The notes under the pieces were generated by a model. The model had not been told where the DNA came from. It ran no database searches and worked only from the letters and a program-made list of their open reading frames with translations. Of a DNA stretch of 64,000 nt, positions 38,637 to 52,244 are shown one piece after another; the stretch's first letter is position 1, and every line of letters begins with the position of its first letter. The stretch is taken from assembly GCA_964023285.1 (NCBI GenBank), contig CAXIEN010000093.1, forward strand, positions 2,439,739 to 2,503,738. Reading direction: 5' to 3'. The position numbers and the translations under genes are program-made. The stretch comes from Larinioides sclopetarius (Eukaryota).

Positions 38637-38918
38637 GGTCTGAGACTGATATGTTCTGCTTCAGATACATCTTATGCTTTCAAAGTTTTAAATGAAAGAC
38701 ATACACATGGAGCTATTGTGCAAATGAACTTACCAGGAATTAATCAGTCAGATCGAGAAAATATTACAAGACAGTACTTACGGCTGTATGGAAAATCACT
38801 TGATGAAAGTTCCTTCAATAATCAAATGTTGCTGCTGGTAACTAAAAAGGATAGTGGTATACCTCTGTACATAAGAATAGCATGTGATTATCTCAGAAGT
38901 TATGCTACATTTGACAAT
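38637..38918 (+). CDS. NWD1: NACHT/NOD helical-region exon (GLRLICSASDTSYAFKVLNERHTHGAIVQMNLPGINQSDRENITRQYLRLYGKSLDESSFNNQMLLLVTKKDSGIPLYIRIACDYLRSYATFDN).
   Basis: 94-codon open frame. Acceptor gttttag|g and donor gacaat|gtaagt. The ...PLYI... sequence resembles the GxP/sensor region of STAND NTPases. Confidence 0.7.
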
Positions 38919-39094
38919 GTAAGTTTCATGGTATTTAATGTATAAAAATTACTGTGATTTTTGATTAATTACTTTGATCCATGATATTTAAATACTTTTT
39001 CTAATGTATGAAAAAGTGAAATTCTGAGAAAAATTTCTTTCATTTAAACAAATTCTATTACCTTCATAATATTCACATTTCTTCTATTTTTTAG

Positions 39095-39227
39095 TTCATG
39101 TCCACTCTTCAGAGTTTACCATCATCTATGTCTTTACTTTTTCAAGAGATTATATTACAAATGGAAAATGAATATGGATCTGTCCTTGTCCAAACTATGT
39201 TAACTTTATTGTCTATCACAAAAGAAG
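39095..39227 (+). CDS. NWD1: NWD1-like exon (FMSTLQSLPSSMSLLFQEIILQMENEYGSVLVQTMLTLLSITKE).
   Basis: Acceptor ttttttag|t and donor aagaag|gtatat, phase 1 out. Confidence 0.6.
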
Positions 39228-41014
39228 GTATATCTGAACTAATAATTGCTGTTTATTTTCATGAATTCTATTGTGGTGTGCAGATATTTAGAGAAATTTT
39301 AAGTTTTGTATAAAAATATGAAAATGTTTAAAAATGAATAAGGCCATTTTTATTGATTACATATTAGTTAATTAGACTTGGAAAAAAAATAAAAGAATAT
39401 TAAAATTCACAGTATTTATTTTTTTAAATCATTTTTTTTCATTCCTCAATTTCTGGCTTTTCCAAACAAATCGAATGTAAAAGGTAACTTTTCACATTTA
39501 TTTATGTAAGGAGCCACTTGTAAACTGACATTCAGCTTCTTTCCATTCTTCACATGCCACTAAATCCTTTTCCAACTGAAAAAGTCATTAATTAAAGACT
39601 TTGTTACTAAAAACAAATTTTCTCCAATGCTTATTAGGTGGAAAAAGTGAAGGGTAAAAAATTTGTAGATTTCTAAAAGTACTTAGGAATAGGAGAGTAG
39701 GCAGCAAAATTTAAGAATTTATTGACGAAATTTGCTAGCTTTCCATAATATATTATTGGCTTCTTATAATTTCTTGATTTAGGCAGCAAAAATAAAAATT
39801 AAATTTTCCCCACAAGAAGTAGTTGTTGATGGCTGGTTACACTGGTTATCTCTTTTTACTTGCTAAAGGCAGTGGTATTGTTTTAATTTTATGCTTCTGA
39901 GAATGATGCAAATAATGGTTCTCTCTTGAATTTGTATTGTAAATGGTGTAATATTTAAAAAATCATTTAAATATCACAAAAGAATTTAAAGAAGTATAGT
40001 GTTCCAATGTGAGATCAGTTTCCATAAATGTTTCTGTGTGAAAAATTGTATTTAATATTTGTCTTTTCATAGTCTTCATATTTTGCATGCCTGTTCTGCC
40101 CCAACTTATAAAGTATTAGTATTTTATCTGTTCATATTAAAATTTTAATCATTTACCTTTGCAATTAAAACCAACAAACATACCAAATCAATCCAATATG
40201 TCTTTTTCTTGGTATTATAATGTCCTAAATAGCCATGTGATTAACACACTTGTTAATTTCTTTTTGAAATGTTGTATGTGATAAATGTTAGACATTCATG
40301 CTTTTCTTGCTTGATCATAACAATTGACTATCCTATTAGCACAAATACACTATTCTAAATACTGCATAACCATCCCAAAGATATTATAATATTGTAGGGC
40401 ATCTTCTGCTAATAGAGAAAGTTGCATTAAGGAAGAAAACAAGCATAAATTAGTTGTATAATTATTTTAGGATTTTGTAAATGTACTGATATTTTTTTTA
40501 CTTGCCTAATTCTTAATAAAAAAAATATTGTATTATAATTTAATGCTGTTACATTAACATGAAGCTATTTTAAATTTATTAGTAATTTAAAGATTTATTT
40601 AAAATATAAGTATATTCATGGCTTTTTTTTACCTTGATCATTATAAAAAGAATTTTTGCAATTGATAATTGTATTTAGATTTGAAGGCTTTATATTCTCA
40701 AATAATTTGTTTGAAATACTTATTTTCTGTGAAATAATGCAAAAATAAGCGTTTGAAAAATGTTAATAGCATAAAAATAGTTTTAACTTAACAAGATATT
40801 TAAGTACTTTTCTTTTAGTTTTAAAATTGTCAAATAGATTAAATGTTTTTAGCATATGTAATATTGAATGCTAATTCCTATCTCCATTAATAAGTTATAT
40901 AACTGGTGTTATATAGTAGTTTTAAAAATCATATTTTGATTTCTTATATATATAATGACATTTTAACATGTCTTGTTTTGGTCATACCTTTCTTAATCTT
41001 TTTTCCCTCTTTAG

Positions 41015-41201
41015 GCTTGGACGATGCAGATATACATACTCTATTGAGTTTAGTTTCACTCGAAAAGGAGAAAAGGTCATTTCTCACTTTTAATGAAGCC
41101 ATTCATCAACTTAAAAAATTAGGTCCTGACAACATGCTATCTCAAGTTACATATTGTTCCCTAATGCATGCTGTTAGTTTGTTTGCTTTTGGTCATTGCA
41201 G
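41015..41201 (+). CDS. NWD1: NWD1-like exon (GLDDADIHTLLSLVSLEKEKRSFLTFNEAIHQLKKLGPDNMLSQVTYCSLMHAVSLFAFGHC).
   Basis: Acceptor ctctttag|g and donor tgcag|gtatgt. Phase in 1, out 2. Confidence 0.6.
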
Positions 41202-42915
41202 GTATGTTATTTTTCGTATCTTTATATTTTCCTTTTTGAATTAACAATAGGCAATTTCTAAAAATAATAGAAAAAAAGCCTTTCACTTAAATAAAATAAA
41301 TATTTTGATAATTCAGTGAAAAAATTAGCAGTTTTCCTATTCTCTTTTCTTTCCATTTTATATTATTTTCTTTTAAATGTCATTTAGCGTTCTCTTTGTT
41401 TCAAAAATTACTTTACTCTCTATCTCTTAAAGCTGAATAATATTCATCCTCACAATATACATCTACTCAATGAAGGATTTATCCATATTTCAAGGGATTA
41501 AAATAAATTGAATTAATTTATTTGAAGAGGCTTATAATATTACAACACAGTCAATCAATATTAGTTTTATCATTAAGTTTATCTTTTTCCTTGTTGGCAT
41601 GATATTTGTGGGTAGGTTAATGATATTTTGAGAGGTAAGGATACTTGAAAAATGTTTTTTTTTCTTCTGATTAGTGATGAACTGGTACAACTTTTGTAAG
41701 ACTGTAATTAATGTAACTCTTTGTTACGTCCTCTGAACAGAATTTTGAACCCAGACTCTAGCTATTTTATGTCAGTTTTTCAACAGTCAACACTTTTAAT
41801 TTTTACTCATTTTTGATGTTACATGAAGCACAATAAGTTTTCACATCTTGGTTTTGGTTTTAAACAAAAAGGCAAGAAGCATATGGTTTAATATGTGTGT
41901 ATGTAAGATCAGTATCTATCAGTAAGGATAAAACAAATATTATAAAAGGAGAGAATTAAGGCTTTGAACAATGTAGATCGTTATTGCTGCATTGGGTAAT
42001 GAGTAATTCTCATTGTAACTTTTGATCTATCTTGGGAATGGTCAAAATTATGAAAGCAAAAGACTGAAAGATAGTTTTTATTGCATTAATTATAGTTTTT
42101 ATTCATTTTTTGAGACTTCAATGCAAATTGAAGAATTAGTTTCTTGATTAACTGGTGAAAATGGCTGAAAATACTGTATGTTATCCCCACTGCAACAATT
42201 AATTTCTGACTGAAAGTAAATAATGAAAAAAGTGTTAAAATCGGCTCTTATTCAATAGAATTTAAACATTATAGCAGGAATTTCCTCACACCAATGTGAG
42301 AAAATTGTATGATAACTACTGCCTTTATTTTTTATTTAAAAATTTCAAATTAAAGCATGAAGCTGAAGTTGAGAGCATCAAAATTTGTTTTTCAATTTCT
42401 TTATAGTGGTGTTCCTTAGGGGAAATATAAAAAAATGCATTATTTAACTTTTGGATAACTTTCTTTTTGCATGGCCTTGCTTTAAGGTTTCTTAAAAATG
42501 TATTAAAAATAGTTATTAGAGGAAAATCTTCATATGGTTCAAACAAGTTTATTTTCTCATTTTATGCACAGTTTCATAGAGAAGGCAAATGGCACTTGAA
42601 AATTATATATACTTCTTGCCTCATTGTTATCATTATTGGTTTAACAAATGTATATGGTACTACATTTTTATCCCTTGTGATATTTCACCTAAAAATTTAA
42701 CATTAATGCGCACCAACATTTTGTTTGGACACTCAGGTCATTTATACCCTCCTTGCCCCTAGGTCACTATGCCACTGTTAACAAGTCTTTTATAGCATTA
42801 TAAACTTTCCTTTTACTTGACATTATTGTAGATTTGCTTTGTATTTGTCATTATTAATCTATTTCACATTTTAAAATAAAATTAAACAATAACTGTTTAA
42901 TTTTGCATATTTAAG

Positions 42916-43025
42916 ATTCAAGAAATTCTCTTTGGTTGGCTCAGAATTTGAAAAAGCTGTTAGAAAGTATTATTTGAATAAGAATTATTCGAATTTCTCT
43001 CAGTACATGCATCGCATCTTAGCAG
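42916..43025 (+). CDS. NWD1: NWD1-like exon (RFKKFSLVGSEFEKAVRKYYLNKNYSNFSQYMHRILA).
   Basis: Acceptor atatttaag|a and donor agcag|gtaaga. This is the only arrangement that bridges phase 2 from exon 13 to phase 1 into exon 15. Confidence 0.5.
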
Positions 43026-43601
43026 GTAAGATATATTTCACCATATTAGTATATTACTTTGTTTGAGACGATTTAGTCTTAATATTGCATTTGATATTTG
43101 CTACTAAATTATTTTAGACTTATTTCAAGTGAAGAGGGCAGTTTTCTGTTTTTGTCGTGATCATTTATAAGTTATGTAACATGATTCATTTTTATCCATC
43201 TGTTTTAATTACATATACCTAAAACAATCTTGACATTTTTAAAGAGAATTGTAGATAATTAAAAAATATAAAAGTCGTTTTTAAAAAATATATAAATGTT
43301 GTTTTTTGTAGTCATCAAATGATTTTCAAATAAATGAAACTGTTGAAAGTTTATTTCAAATTGCAAAGTCCATTGTAGAAATCATAAGAAAAATGTATCA
43401 GGTAGTCTGCATGACTTTTTATAATTTCGGAACAGGGAATACCATTAAAAAAGGAATATATTACTTAAAAATCTGATGATATAGTAAATCTGAAGAGACT
43501 TGTGAAGCTTAGAAACTCATTTGGAACAAGTGGCTGAGCTGTGAAAGTGAAAATTACAGTTGTTGTGCTTTGAAAGGTGCTCTTAAAAAGGGTCTATTTT
43601 A

Positions 43602-45153
43602 ATATACTGGGTAATCCAAAAGTCAGGACGAACTTTAAAAACGAATAAAGATAAAAAGATGCGGTTTGAATCAAATGGATGGAAAAGAAGCTGGGGTTTT
43701 TTGTGTGGTAATGAAAAAAAATAGTTCTTTTGGTGACCAACAGATGGCGCTATAGTTTTTTATTTCTCCAAAAAGAGATTTATAAATGAAAAAAATATAT
43801 ACAAGTTAAAAGTCAGAGAGCATATTAAATGTTCATGTTCTGTCCATCATTCAGAAGTACAGCTGTGAGACAGCCACCACACCGTTCACAGCATTTAGTA
43901 GCATTTCTTGCGTTATGGCATACACATTTTGGCGAATAGCATCTTTCAGTGCTGCTAGTGATGCCGGTTGGTCAGAGTACACTTTTGACTTCAAGAATCC
44001 CCACAGCCGAAAGTCACAGGGTGTCAGATTTGGAGAACTTGGAGGCCATGCGTGATTAAAGTATCAATTGATAATGCAATCCTCCCCAAATGTTAAGCAT
44101 AGCAAGCATTGCACAGGCAGAGCAATATGAGGTGGTGCTGCATAAAGATGACTGTTTGGAGTGCCTTTCGCACTTGCAGTTCAGGAATAATGTTGTTCTG
44201 TAACAGTGATGCATATCGCTGACCAGTGACAGAAACTGTTTTGAAACCCGTCTTTGTGACTTCCTTGAAAAATAAAATGGACCAATTATGAAATCTACAG
44301 TGAAGACACACCAGACTGTCACTATAGGCTGTTGCAAGGGTACCTCAACAAATGCATGTGAATTTTTTATGGTCCACACTCAACAATTGTGGCTGTTAAC
44401 AGCGCCAGAGAGTGTGAAATGTGCTTCATCTGTCCAAAGCACAGTGTGAAGCCAGTCGCGCTGCTGTTCCATATTATTGAATGTCAAATTTGAAAAATCT
44501 TGGAGAGAGGCGAAGTCAGGAGTTTTCAGATTTTAGTTATGTTCCAACTTGTAGGGATACCGTTTCAGGGTTATTCGCAGTGCTCTTCAGACACTTCCAT
44601 GCGACACTCCTGTCTGCCTCGAAACTTCTCGAGCATGTGCAGAAACCGGCGACATGGATTGCACCGTTTGCTCCACTGTCGGAGCAACAGCATTGGCTGC
44701 TAAGGGGCGTCCACTTCTTGGACGTTACGCCAAAGAACCTGTAGCTTCAAATTTCATCATTTTTTTCAATGCAGAAGACGTTATTGGTCCTTTGCCATCT
44801 CTCATACCCTTCATGAAGCGATATGCTTGCAATGCCACTTTCTGAATTCTTATAATACAGTTTAACTAAGAGGGCTTTTTCAACTATAGACAGCATTTCG
44901 ATGCATTCGGTAGCTTCGACTACCATTACCTGTTGTAGTTGCTCCTTTTTATATCATTTGTTGCTTTGCATAATCCTATATCAGATATCCGACAGCGCCA
45001 TCTGTTGGTCGCCAACAGAACTTTTTTTTTTCGTTTCCACACAAAACCCGGCGTCTTTTCCATCTGTTTGGTGCAGATCGCATCTTTTTATCTCTTCATT
45101 TTCGAATTATTCATTTTTAAAGTTCGTCCTGACTTTTGGATCACCGGGCATAT
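43602..45153 (-). mobile_element. Degenerate Tc1-like (Tc1/mariner superfamily) DNA transposon with ~45-bp terminal inverted repeats, in the intron between exons 14 and 15.
   Basis: TIRs: tatactgggtaatccaaaagtcaggacgaactttaaaaa at 43602-43640 and its reverse complement at 45115-45153, with possible TA flanks. Minus-strand ORF fragments carry Tc1 transposase motifs (TVWCVF..IGPFYF; VTGQRYASLLQNNIIPELQ; TVIFMQ resembling FQQDGAPxH). They lie in different frames, so the element is pseudogenised. It is GC-richer than its surroundings, which produces spurious ORFs on both strands. Confidence 0.65.
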
Positions 45154-45516
45154 GGGCGGATTAAATTCTACCAGTAAGGAATAAAATAACAAATATAATA
45201 AATAACAAAAATAAAATATGATATTAATAATTACTTAAAAATAAGGATTTTGATGACATGATATTTAAAGTTGGTTCAGAAGATGACTCATCCAAGCTAT
45301 ATGTTTATAATGAAAGTAAATTTGAATGGGTGTTAAAAGATTTTCAGAATAGATTTTTAATCAATAAATGGCTTTATATTTAAATAAATTGTTTTTTTAA
45401 ATCATTATAATTTATATCTTGGAATGAAATCTGCATTTCTAGTCCTTTTTTTTTGTTTCATAGTACTATTATGTGTTCATATTTTTTTATATATTTACTG
45501 TTTTTACCTTTTAAAG

Positions 45517-45826
45517 CATACTATTTCATCACCTGTGACTCTGAAGGCAATGCTACGTGGAAAGGGCGATCTGCATCAGCTTTTAGAGGACTAATTTTCC
45601 ATTTGTTTTACGGAAACTGTTTCCTAGAGCTAGCTAATTATTTGTGTTGTCTCCAATTCCTGGAAACTGCATTCAGTGTGGAAGCATCAGATTTACTTTT
45701 AGAGTATTATGCTTTGCTCTTTGAAGAACGTCGAACAGGAAGCAGTGAAGCTTTGAGAAAAATTGATTTTTCTTTATTGTCATCGTTTTATGACTTTGTA
45801 GCTCGGAATTTACACATTTTTCAGAT
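45517..45826 (+). CDS. NWD1: NWD1-like helical linker exon (AYYFITCDSEGNATWKGRSASAFRGLIFHLFYGNCFLELANYLCCLQFLETAFSVEASDLLLEYYALLFEERRTGSSEALRKIDFSLLSSFYDFVARNLHIFQ).
   Basis: Acceptor ccttttaaag|ca and donor cagat|gtaagt. 103-codon open frame in AT-rich DNA. Confidence 0.55.
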
Positions 45827-46767
45827 GTAAGTTTTTGTTATTTTTCTTTTTAGTCTGTATTTAAAGCAAATTCATCCTGTTTTGCGTTAATAGTAGAATT
45901 TTGAATCTTAGTATTATTTCTTTAGAAAATTATGTAAAAGTATCTTCATAAAAGCTTTGTAAAAAAGGTTAATGATGTATGTCACATATTGAAAAGTGCT
46001 GAACATTTTACAATCCGATTGTTTCTTCTTTGAAGTGCAATTTGGCATATGTAGAAATTTTTTTTTATTTTATTAGATTAGGTTTTTCTTTAAGTTTAAT
46101 AATATTTTTCTGCATACCATCACTTTCACTCTTACATATAAGCATTTTATTTTGTTACCAGTAATTATATTTAAATCTCACTATAATTCAATTGAATCCT
46201 TACTGCATTGAAATTTTGATAAATAATAATTTTTATATGCAGGTTATATTTGTTGATTTCGCGCGATACTTTTTTGAACCATAAAACGTAAATTTGCACT
46301 TTACAGCTAACAAACAAATTAGTCACTAAATATTTCTTTCAAAAGACAGGTGATTGAACAATATGTTGTTTGTGCTTAAATTATCTATTTTTATTGGGAT
46401 CTTTATAGAGGTTTAATTCTTAATTTGGTTTCCTGCATGGTAGTCCAAGACATGAACATTTTAAATCGAATACTTAGTGATTAAAAGAACATTTTGTGTA
46501 AAAGCTGCTAAAAATCCAAAAAACAAAGACAGTAATCACTGGATGAAGAAATTTATGCTAAAGCACAATTATGTTGAAAAGAATCTGATACAGTTTAATA
46601 AAAGAAAGGCCGTATTATATATATTTTTCTTTCACCTTGAAATCCAGTATTACTTTTAAAAAGTTATTAATATATTCTTCCAAAATTTTGTAACTCCACA
46701 AATGTTTCTTCGTTACTATCAGGTTATGTTGATATAATTAATGCCTTGGGAATCCATTTTTCAATAG

Positions 46768-46927
46768 ATACCCTGACCTGGTTATGCAACAAGCATTAAA
46801 TGAGCCATCAGATTCACTAGTAAAATTAAATCTTCAGAAGGATTATCTTTATAAATCGCCTGTTGTAGAGTGCCTTTCTGTTTCTGACAATGATCCTAGG
46901 ATTGCAACTTTGAGAGGATTTTTTAAG
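46768..46927 (+). CDS. NWD1: NWD1-like exon (IYPDLVMQQALNEPSDSLVKLNLQKDYLYKSPVVECLSVSDNDPRIATLRGFFK).
   Basis: Acceptor tttttcaatag|a and donor tttaag|gtataa. Confidence 0.55.
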
Positions 46928-49384
46928 GTATAAATATTTTATTCATTTCAATTTATTATAGAAAATTTTTTAGTTTTTATTTTATTTTAATCATTGCCAC
47001 TTAATATAATTTTTTACTCCTAAGTGTTCTGAAATGATACTATTTGTGAGAACATTGAAAAATATGAAGATTTAAAAAAAATAAATAACATATTTTCTTT
47101 TTGTATTGTTAACATCACTCAATATGATTTCTTAACTTACCTTAGTATATTTGGCTGAAATAGAATTCCTAATAATGTGTAAGTTTTTACACATTCAGAA
47201 AGCTAGACACCACAATTTTCTCCTAAAGAAAATAGCACTAGGGACTTACATTTGCTTACTAGTTTTGTTAATATAACTTTCATAACCCAATATGTGTAGA
47301 TATGTCAGTTATAAAGAAAACCAGTGAAAATTAATGAATCTGTTTCTATTTACTTTAAAACTTTTTAGACGAAATTGCAGATATTCTAATCATTAGCATA
47401 CTTATAGGCATGTGTGGGGTGTACTGAGATAGGGTTAGCAAAATCCGAAATGCAGGGAAACTTTTTTATTATTTAGAAGAGCAGCAAAACTAGTTCAATC
47501 TTTATGTACATAAAATTCTGTCGTAATTCATTAATAATTTAACCCTCTTTTGGTAAATCACTTGTTTGTGAAAGAAAGATTGGTGTTGGAAACATTATTT
47601 CACAACCTATCCATTGAGACTAAAGGCATCAAATGATGAATAGTGATAATAAATCATTTTCCCCTTGATTTTATATTTTTATTCTGAGGTTTATGTGATT
47701 TATACAGGAAGGATTGCACAAAGAAAGTTTGACCTCTACAGCAAAAGTTACAGGTATATCATTGATTCTGGTACCTTAGTATGTGTTAAAGACTGAATTA
47801 TTTCTGAATTGCTTTGCTTCTTTTTAAAGGTTAAACTTTTCCCTGTGTCTCAAGATTTTTTAAGAGTATAATTTTGCTGGTAAGGAATAGCTAAATGGTT
47901 CCGAGTTTTATGCCTAAGAAATTTGAAATACGTTTCTTTTGCTTATTAAAATACCTAAGTAAATTATGCTTTTCTAAGACAGTGGTGCTCAATCTACTTT
48001 TACTTCCTTATTTTGTGATTAGTCTTTTTTATGTTTAAGTTCTTTCTAGCTTTTGTATCCTCTAGCACTACTAGCATTCTTTTTAGTAAAGAAGTTTCTA
48101 CTAGTAGTGTGAAGACCTTAGGTTAGGCTAATAGTTAAAGGTTTAGAGCTGATAATATTTGTAGGATATATTTTTTACATTTAATTTTATTTTTATAATA
48201 GTGTTAGTTCTAGTTACAAAAAACAAAAACAACACTGATGTAATTTCGCATTTACTTATGATGAATGCTAGTTATAGCTCATCATGACTATCAACTATTC
48301 AGATAGAAGACAATGTGATCTTGTTTCACAGATTTGAGTTTTATATAATTTGGTTCAAATGAAGACATATGATCACATGCCTCAAGCTGCATCAAACTTA
48401 CTGCAATATTAATTATTAACATACACAGGAAAAATGTATGTTTTTTCCGAAGTTCTCTATTAAGGAAAATTTAAAAATATTTAATTTCTTTAATATCAAA
48501 CTCATGGTTCTTTTCTTTCACTGCTATCCAGCAAGCATCTGAACTTGCATAACTTACATTATTCACATAAACATGAAAATAAGTTATAAGAAACAAAATT
48601 CTGCCATTTTATTTCTTATATTCCTTGTGCTTCGTATTTTCTGTCACTACCAACATTAATTTCGTATACACCCCAGAGGTGTGTGTACTATTGGAAATCT
48701 ATGTCCAAATGCTTTGCAATTGTAATTTAGTTATAATTAGTCATTTTACTTTCAGAGAGTTAAAAAATATGTTAAAACTCAAATAAGTTTAAAGACATAC
48801 TAGCAATTTATGTGTGATGATAATAAGACTGAAACACAAAACTATAATTTGTGGATATGTTCCATGAAAGTATTTTTTTTACATTTAAAATAGAAGTATT
48901 CTTATTAATAAAGTGTTTTAAAATATAGTTGACAATAAATTTCATAATTATGATATTCTCAGAATTAATTACTTACTGTTAACATTGAGCAGTTCATGGT
49001 GGAGGGTGAAAAAATACCTGAAATCTGTAAATTTTAGATAATATGTGAGAAAAGTTGCATGTAGACATTTTTCTCATGAACCATCGAATTTATCTGTTTT
49101 AAAATAAAAATATTTCATTTCTTCACTGCAAAGCCAGTGGTTTGTAAGTAACTTTCTTCCTTGAGTTCCTATCAAACATACCTTTATTTACTTGATGAAT
49201 TCCTTGTAGTTGGTTATTAATGTATTGACTAGGATGCTAAGGCAGGGTGGGGTGATGTTCCTTGTAGTGTTTACTGCTTTGATCATCATCACTGATTAGG
49301 AATCATTTATGCAACTTTATTTCAACTATGAAATTTCCACTTTAGATGTGACGAATTTAGTTATAAATTGTTAATACAAGGAAA

Positions 49385-49977
49385 GTTGTAAATCTGGAAG
49401 TCCAAAATCTGGAATGATCTAAAATCTGGACATCTTTTCATTCTGTAACTCTCAACCCCCCTAAAAAAACGTAACTTTTATCTAACAAATTGGTGTCCAA
49501 AGTCTGCAAAAAAGGTCGTAACCGACAGGAGAAATGGAAAGGATTTAACCTCATATACAACAATATGCGATGTAAGTATTGGGAAGAGGGAGGGTATTTT
49601 AATAAATAGTGTTAAAACTGCTTCCGGTTTATATCTTTCATTGTCAATGTGCCAAAGTATGCTTTGAACTGTAGCCAGCAGATTAAAAAGAAAACATGTT
49701 ACTCAATTCATGAAGAACAGTCAACCTGATCAAAAAGTTGGAAAACTAATGAAGCGATTCCCTTTAAATGAAATGTTTTTAAAAAGTTAAAACTAGTAAG
49801 AAATAATATTTTGTTTATAAATCAAAGAAAACAAGTAATAAATAAGTTTTAAAAAGTTAAAATTGAATTATGTGTTTTATGATGCTTAATTCACTTCTTA
49901 ATAATGAAATGACTCAAGATCCTTGAATATCAAAGTCCTAATGATTTCAAATTGCGACATTTGACTGGAAATATTTA
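49385..49977. mobile_element. MITE family B copy, in the intron between exons 16 and 17.
   Basis: taaatctggaagtccaaaatctggaatgatctaaaatctgg ... gatttcaaattgcgacatttgactggaaatattta. Confidence 0.55.
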
Positions 49978-50167
49978 TATTATCCTTAGTCTGATGCATA
50001 TTGAAATTTTTAGATTTATATTTTACTGTTAGAAAAAGAGGCATAATCATTTTTAAGAATTTCTCTATATTTTATATAATCGCAAATTTTTAAAATTTGT
50101 TTTTATGTGTTATATTATAGTACTTTTGGGACAGTGTATCTACAGAATATATTTAATTTAATTTCAG

Positions 50168-50263
50168 AATATTACTTCTGCTTCTTGTCAGAAAGTTTCA
50201 TCACATGCATTTTTAGGAAGTGAAGATGGTTATTTAAAAGTTCTAGATTTTCCATCCAAAAAA
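50168..50263 (+). CDS. NWD1: First WD-repeat exon (NITSASCQKVSSHAFLGSEDGYLKVLDFPSKK).
   Basis: Acceptor aatttcag|a and donor aaaaaa|gtaaga. 32 codons. Confidence 0.55.
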
Positions 50264-50650
50264 GTAAGAGAAGTTTGATTGCATTTCATTTTTTGAATAG
50301 TTTGTGAATTTTCTATTACAGAATTTCTCTCACCATCTTTGACAGAAAACTTCCAACAACTGTTGAATTTAATTTCTAAGATATAATATATAAAATTTGT
50401 GTATATAATAAAATGGTAAATTTGAGAATTGTTTATTAAAGTATTTATAAGATTTTAATTATTTTACAAATATCAGATAATATACAAAGTGCTTATACCA
50501 ATGCAAGCAGACTAGTAAACCATACAGCTCGCAAGACAGAGATAAATTATTTTCACTAAGAACCAATCACAAAATATGGGAAAGGGATAAATTTACCTTC
50601 AACCATTAATCATTGCGTATCAGTCGTTAATTGCGAATGTATTCCAGTGC

Positions 50651-51511
50651 TTTTTACTTTCTTGTATGGAGAAAGTATTGTAATCGTCAAAAAATTCAAA
50701 CTTGAGATTTTGATGAATCTTCACGTTTTAGACCTCCCTGAGTTCAAAAAACGCAATTTGGAACTATGTTTGTTTGTAAACATGATAACTCAAGAACCGT
50801 TATAACTACAAGGCTGAAATTTGGTTTGTCGTCTTTGTACATAATTTCTAGGATTCTATCAAATTTTGGACAAAATTCGTCTGTGGAAGTATGGCAGTCT
50901 GTTTTTCTGCATTCATATGAACAAAATAACTCAAAAACTTGAACAGCTAGATAGATAAAGGTTGATACACAATTTTCTCATCAGAAATGTATGTCCGTAT
51001 AGAATTTTGGGTCAAATCCTCCAAAGGGTTCACTACCAGTCAGTCTACATAATCACATATTTGTGAAATTTATAACTCCTAAACCCTTTAATCTAGATAT
51101 ATAAAATTTAGTATGATGTATGCTAATATGAATTGCAAACCTGTGTAAAAGTTTTGCTCCATTCGGTTCTATAGAAGTGTTTTAATTGCAAATCCCATTT
51201 TATAATTTACGCACATGCATAATTTTGCAGTTTTGTGCATAAAGGGAAGGGTTGCTAGAAACACTTCCTAGGTGCTTTTTTCTTTCTTTTTGGCTTTTCT
51301 TTTCTCCCTTTTGGAAAATTCTGATAGTGGTTTTATTATTTAAGTTATATGGAAATTAATGGCATTTGGGGTGTAAAGCAGATTCAAAATTTTTATTCCG
51401 TTTATAGTTTTTACAGTCGGTGAAATTTTTAAAAATTCGTGCTGGAGGATAGGAAACGACACAATTCAGGAGAACTATACAAGAAAATTTAGGAAAGACC
51501 CCTTCCACTGG
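50651..51511 (+). mobile_element. Family 2, copy 4, in the intron between exons 17 and 18.
   Basis: Head tttttactttcttgtatggagaaagtattgtaatcgtc; tail aggaaagaccccttccactgg|t. Confidence 0.55.
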
Positions 51512-52119
51512 TTAGTGTATGTCTTGGTTGCAGATTTCGTTTTGCTAGTTCTGCACTTGAACATGTTCCAGCATAAACTCTGAATTATTTTGTATTCACC
51601 AAAAACTCGACTGGAATCGGTTGAATGTGAGTGGTCCTTGAATCTCGCTTACAGATTCTAACACTCCCCATTCACACACCTGCATGTTAATTGCTTGTTA
51701 ACAATTTTTAATCATAGCAGGGAGATAAGATTAAATGCACTTTATTTTTTAAAAGTTCTTAATAAATCGGCACTGATCATTGTAAAAGTGCTTAAACTAA
51801 TGTGGTATATTTTTAGTAACTCTTTATAATGCACCTCATACTTGACATTAAGAAGCTAAACTTCACTATTAGACTGAAAGCATATCATAATGGATTTGAA
51901 TGCTGGGGATTATAAATACATTTGTATGATTTTTATGTGGGTCTTTTTCCCATTTTGGAAATAGCCAAGTTTCTTTCTTTTTTCCTTTTCAAAACATTAA
52001 TTGTGATAACAACCACTGTTGCCATTGTTTGATTGTCAAATGTATACGAATTGTATTTAGGTAAAGATTTTATTGTTAAGTTTCAAAACTTTCAAATATT
52101 TCATTTCTTTGTTTTATAG

Positions 52120-52244
52120 ATTATTAGAAGTGTTAAAAGTCATTCATCTGCAATAACCTTTATATGTTCTGCTGGAAAAGATAGAATATGTACTGCTTCA
52201 ACAGATACTACCCTAAGCATTTGGAGTACTGTTGACTACAGCCG
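52120..52244 (+). CDS. NWD1: WD40 exon (IIRSVKSHSSAITFICSAGKDRICTASTDTTLSIWSTVDYS).
   Basis: WD-repeat signature (...S.D.T..IW). Acceptor gttttatag|a and donor agccg|gtatga. Confidence 0.6.

Noticed and set aside
44481-45184. Several overlapping plus-strand ORFs (44481-44744, 44500-44703, 44654-44845, 44901-45164, 44939-45184)
   Set aside because: They lie inside the GC-richer Tc1-like transposon body and run antisense to its transposase remnants. Overlapping open frames on both strands are typical of GC-rich inserts.
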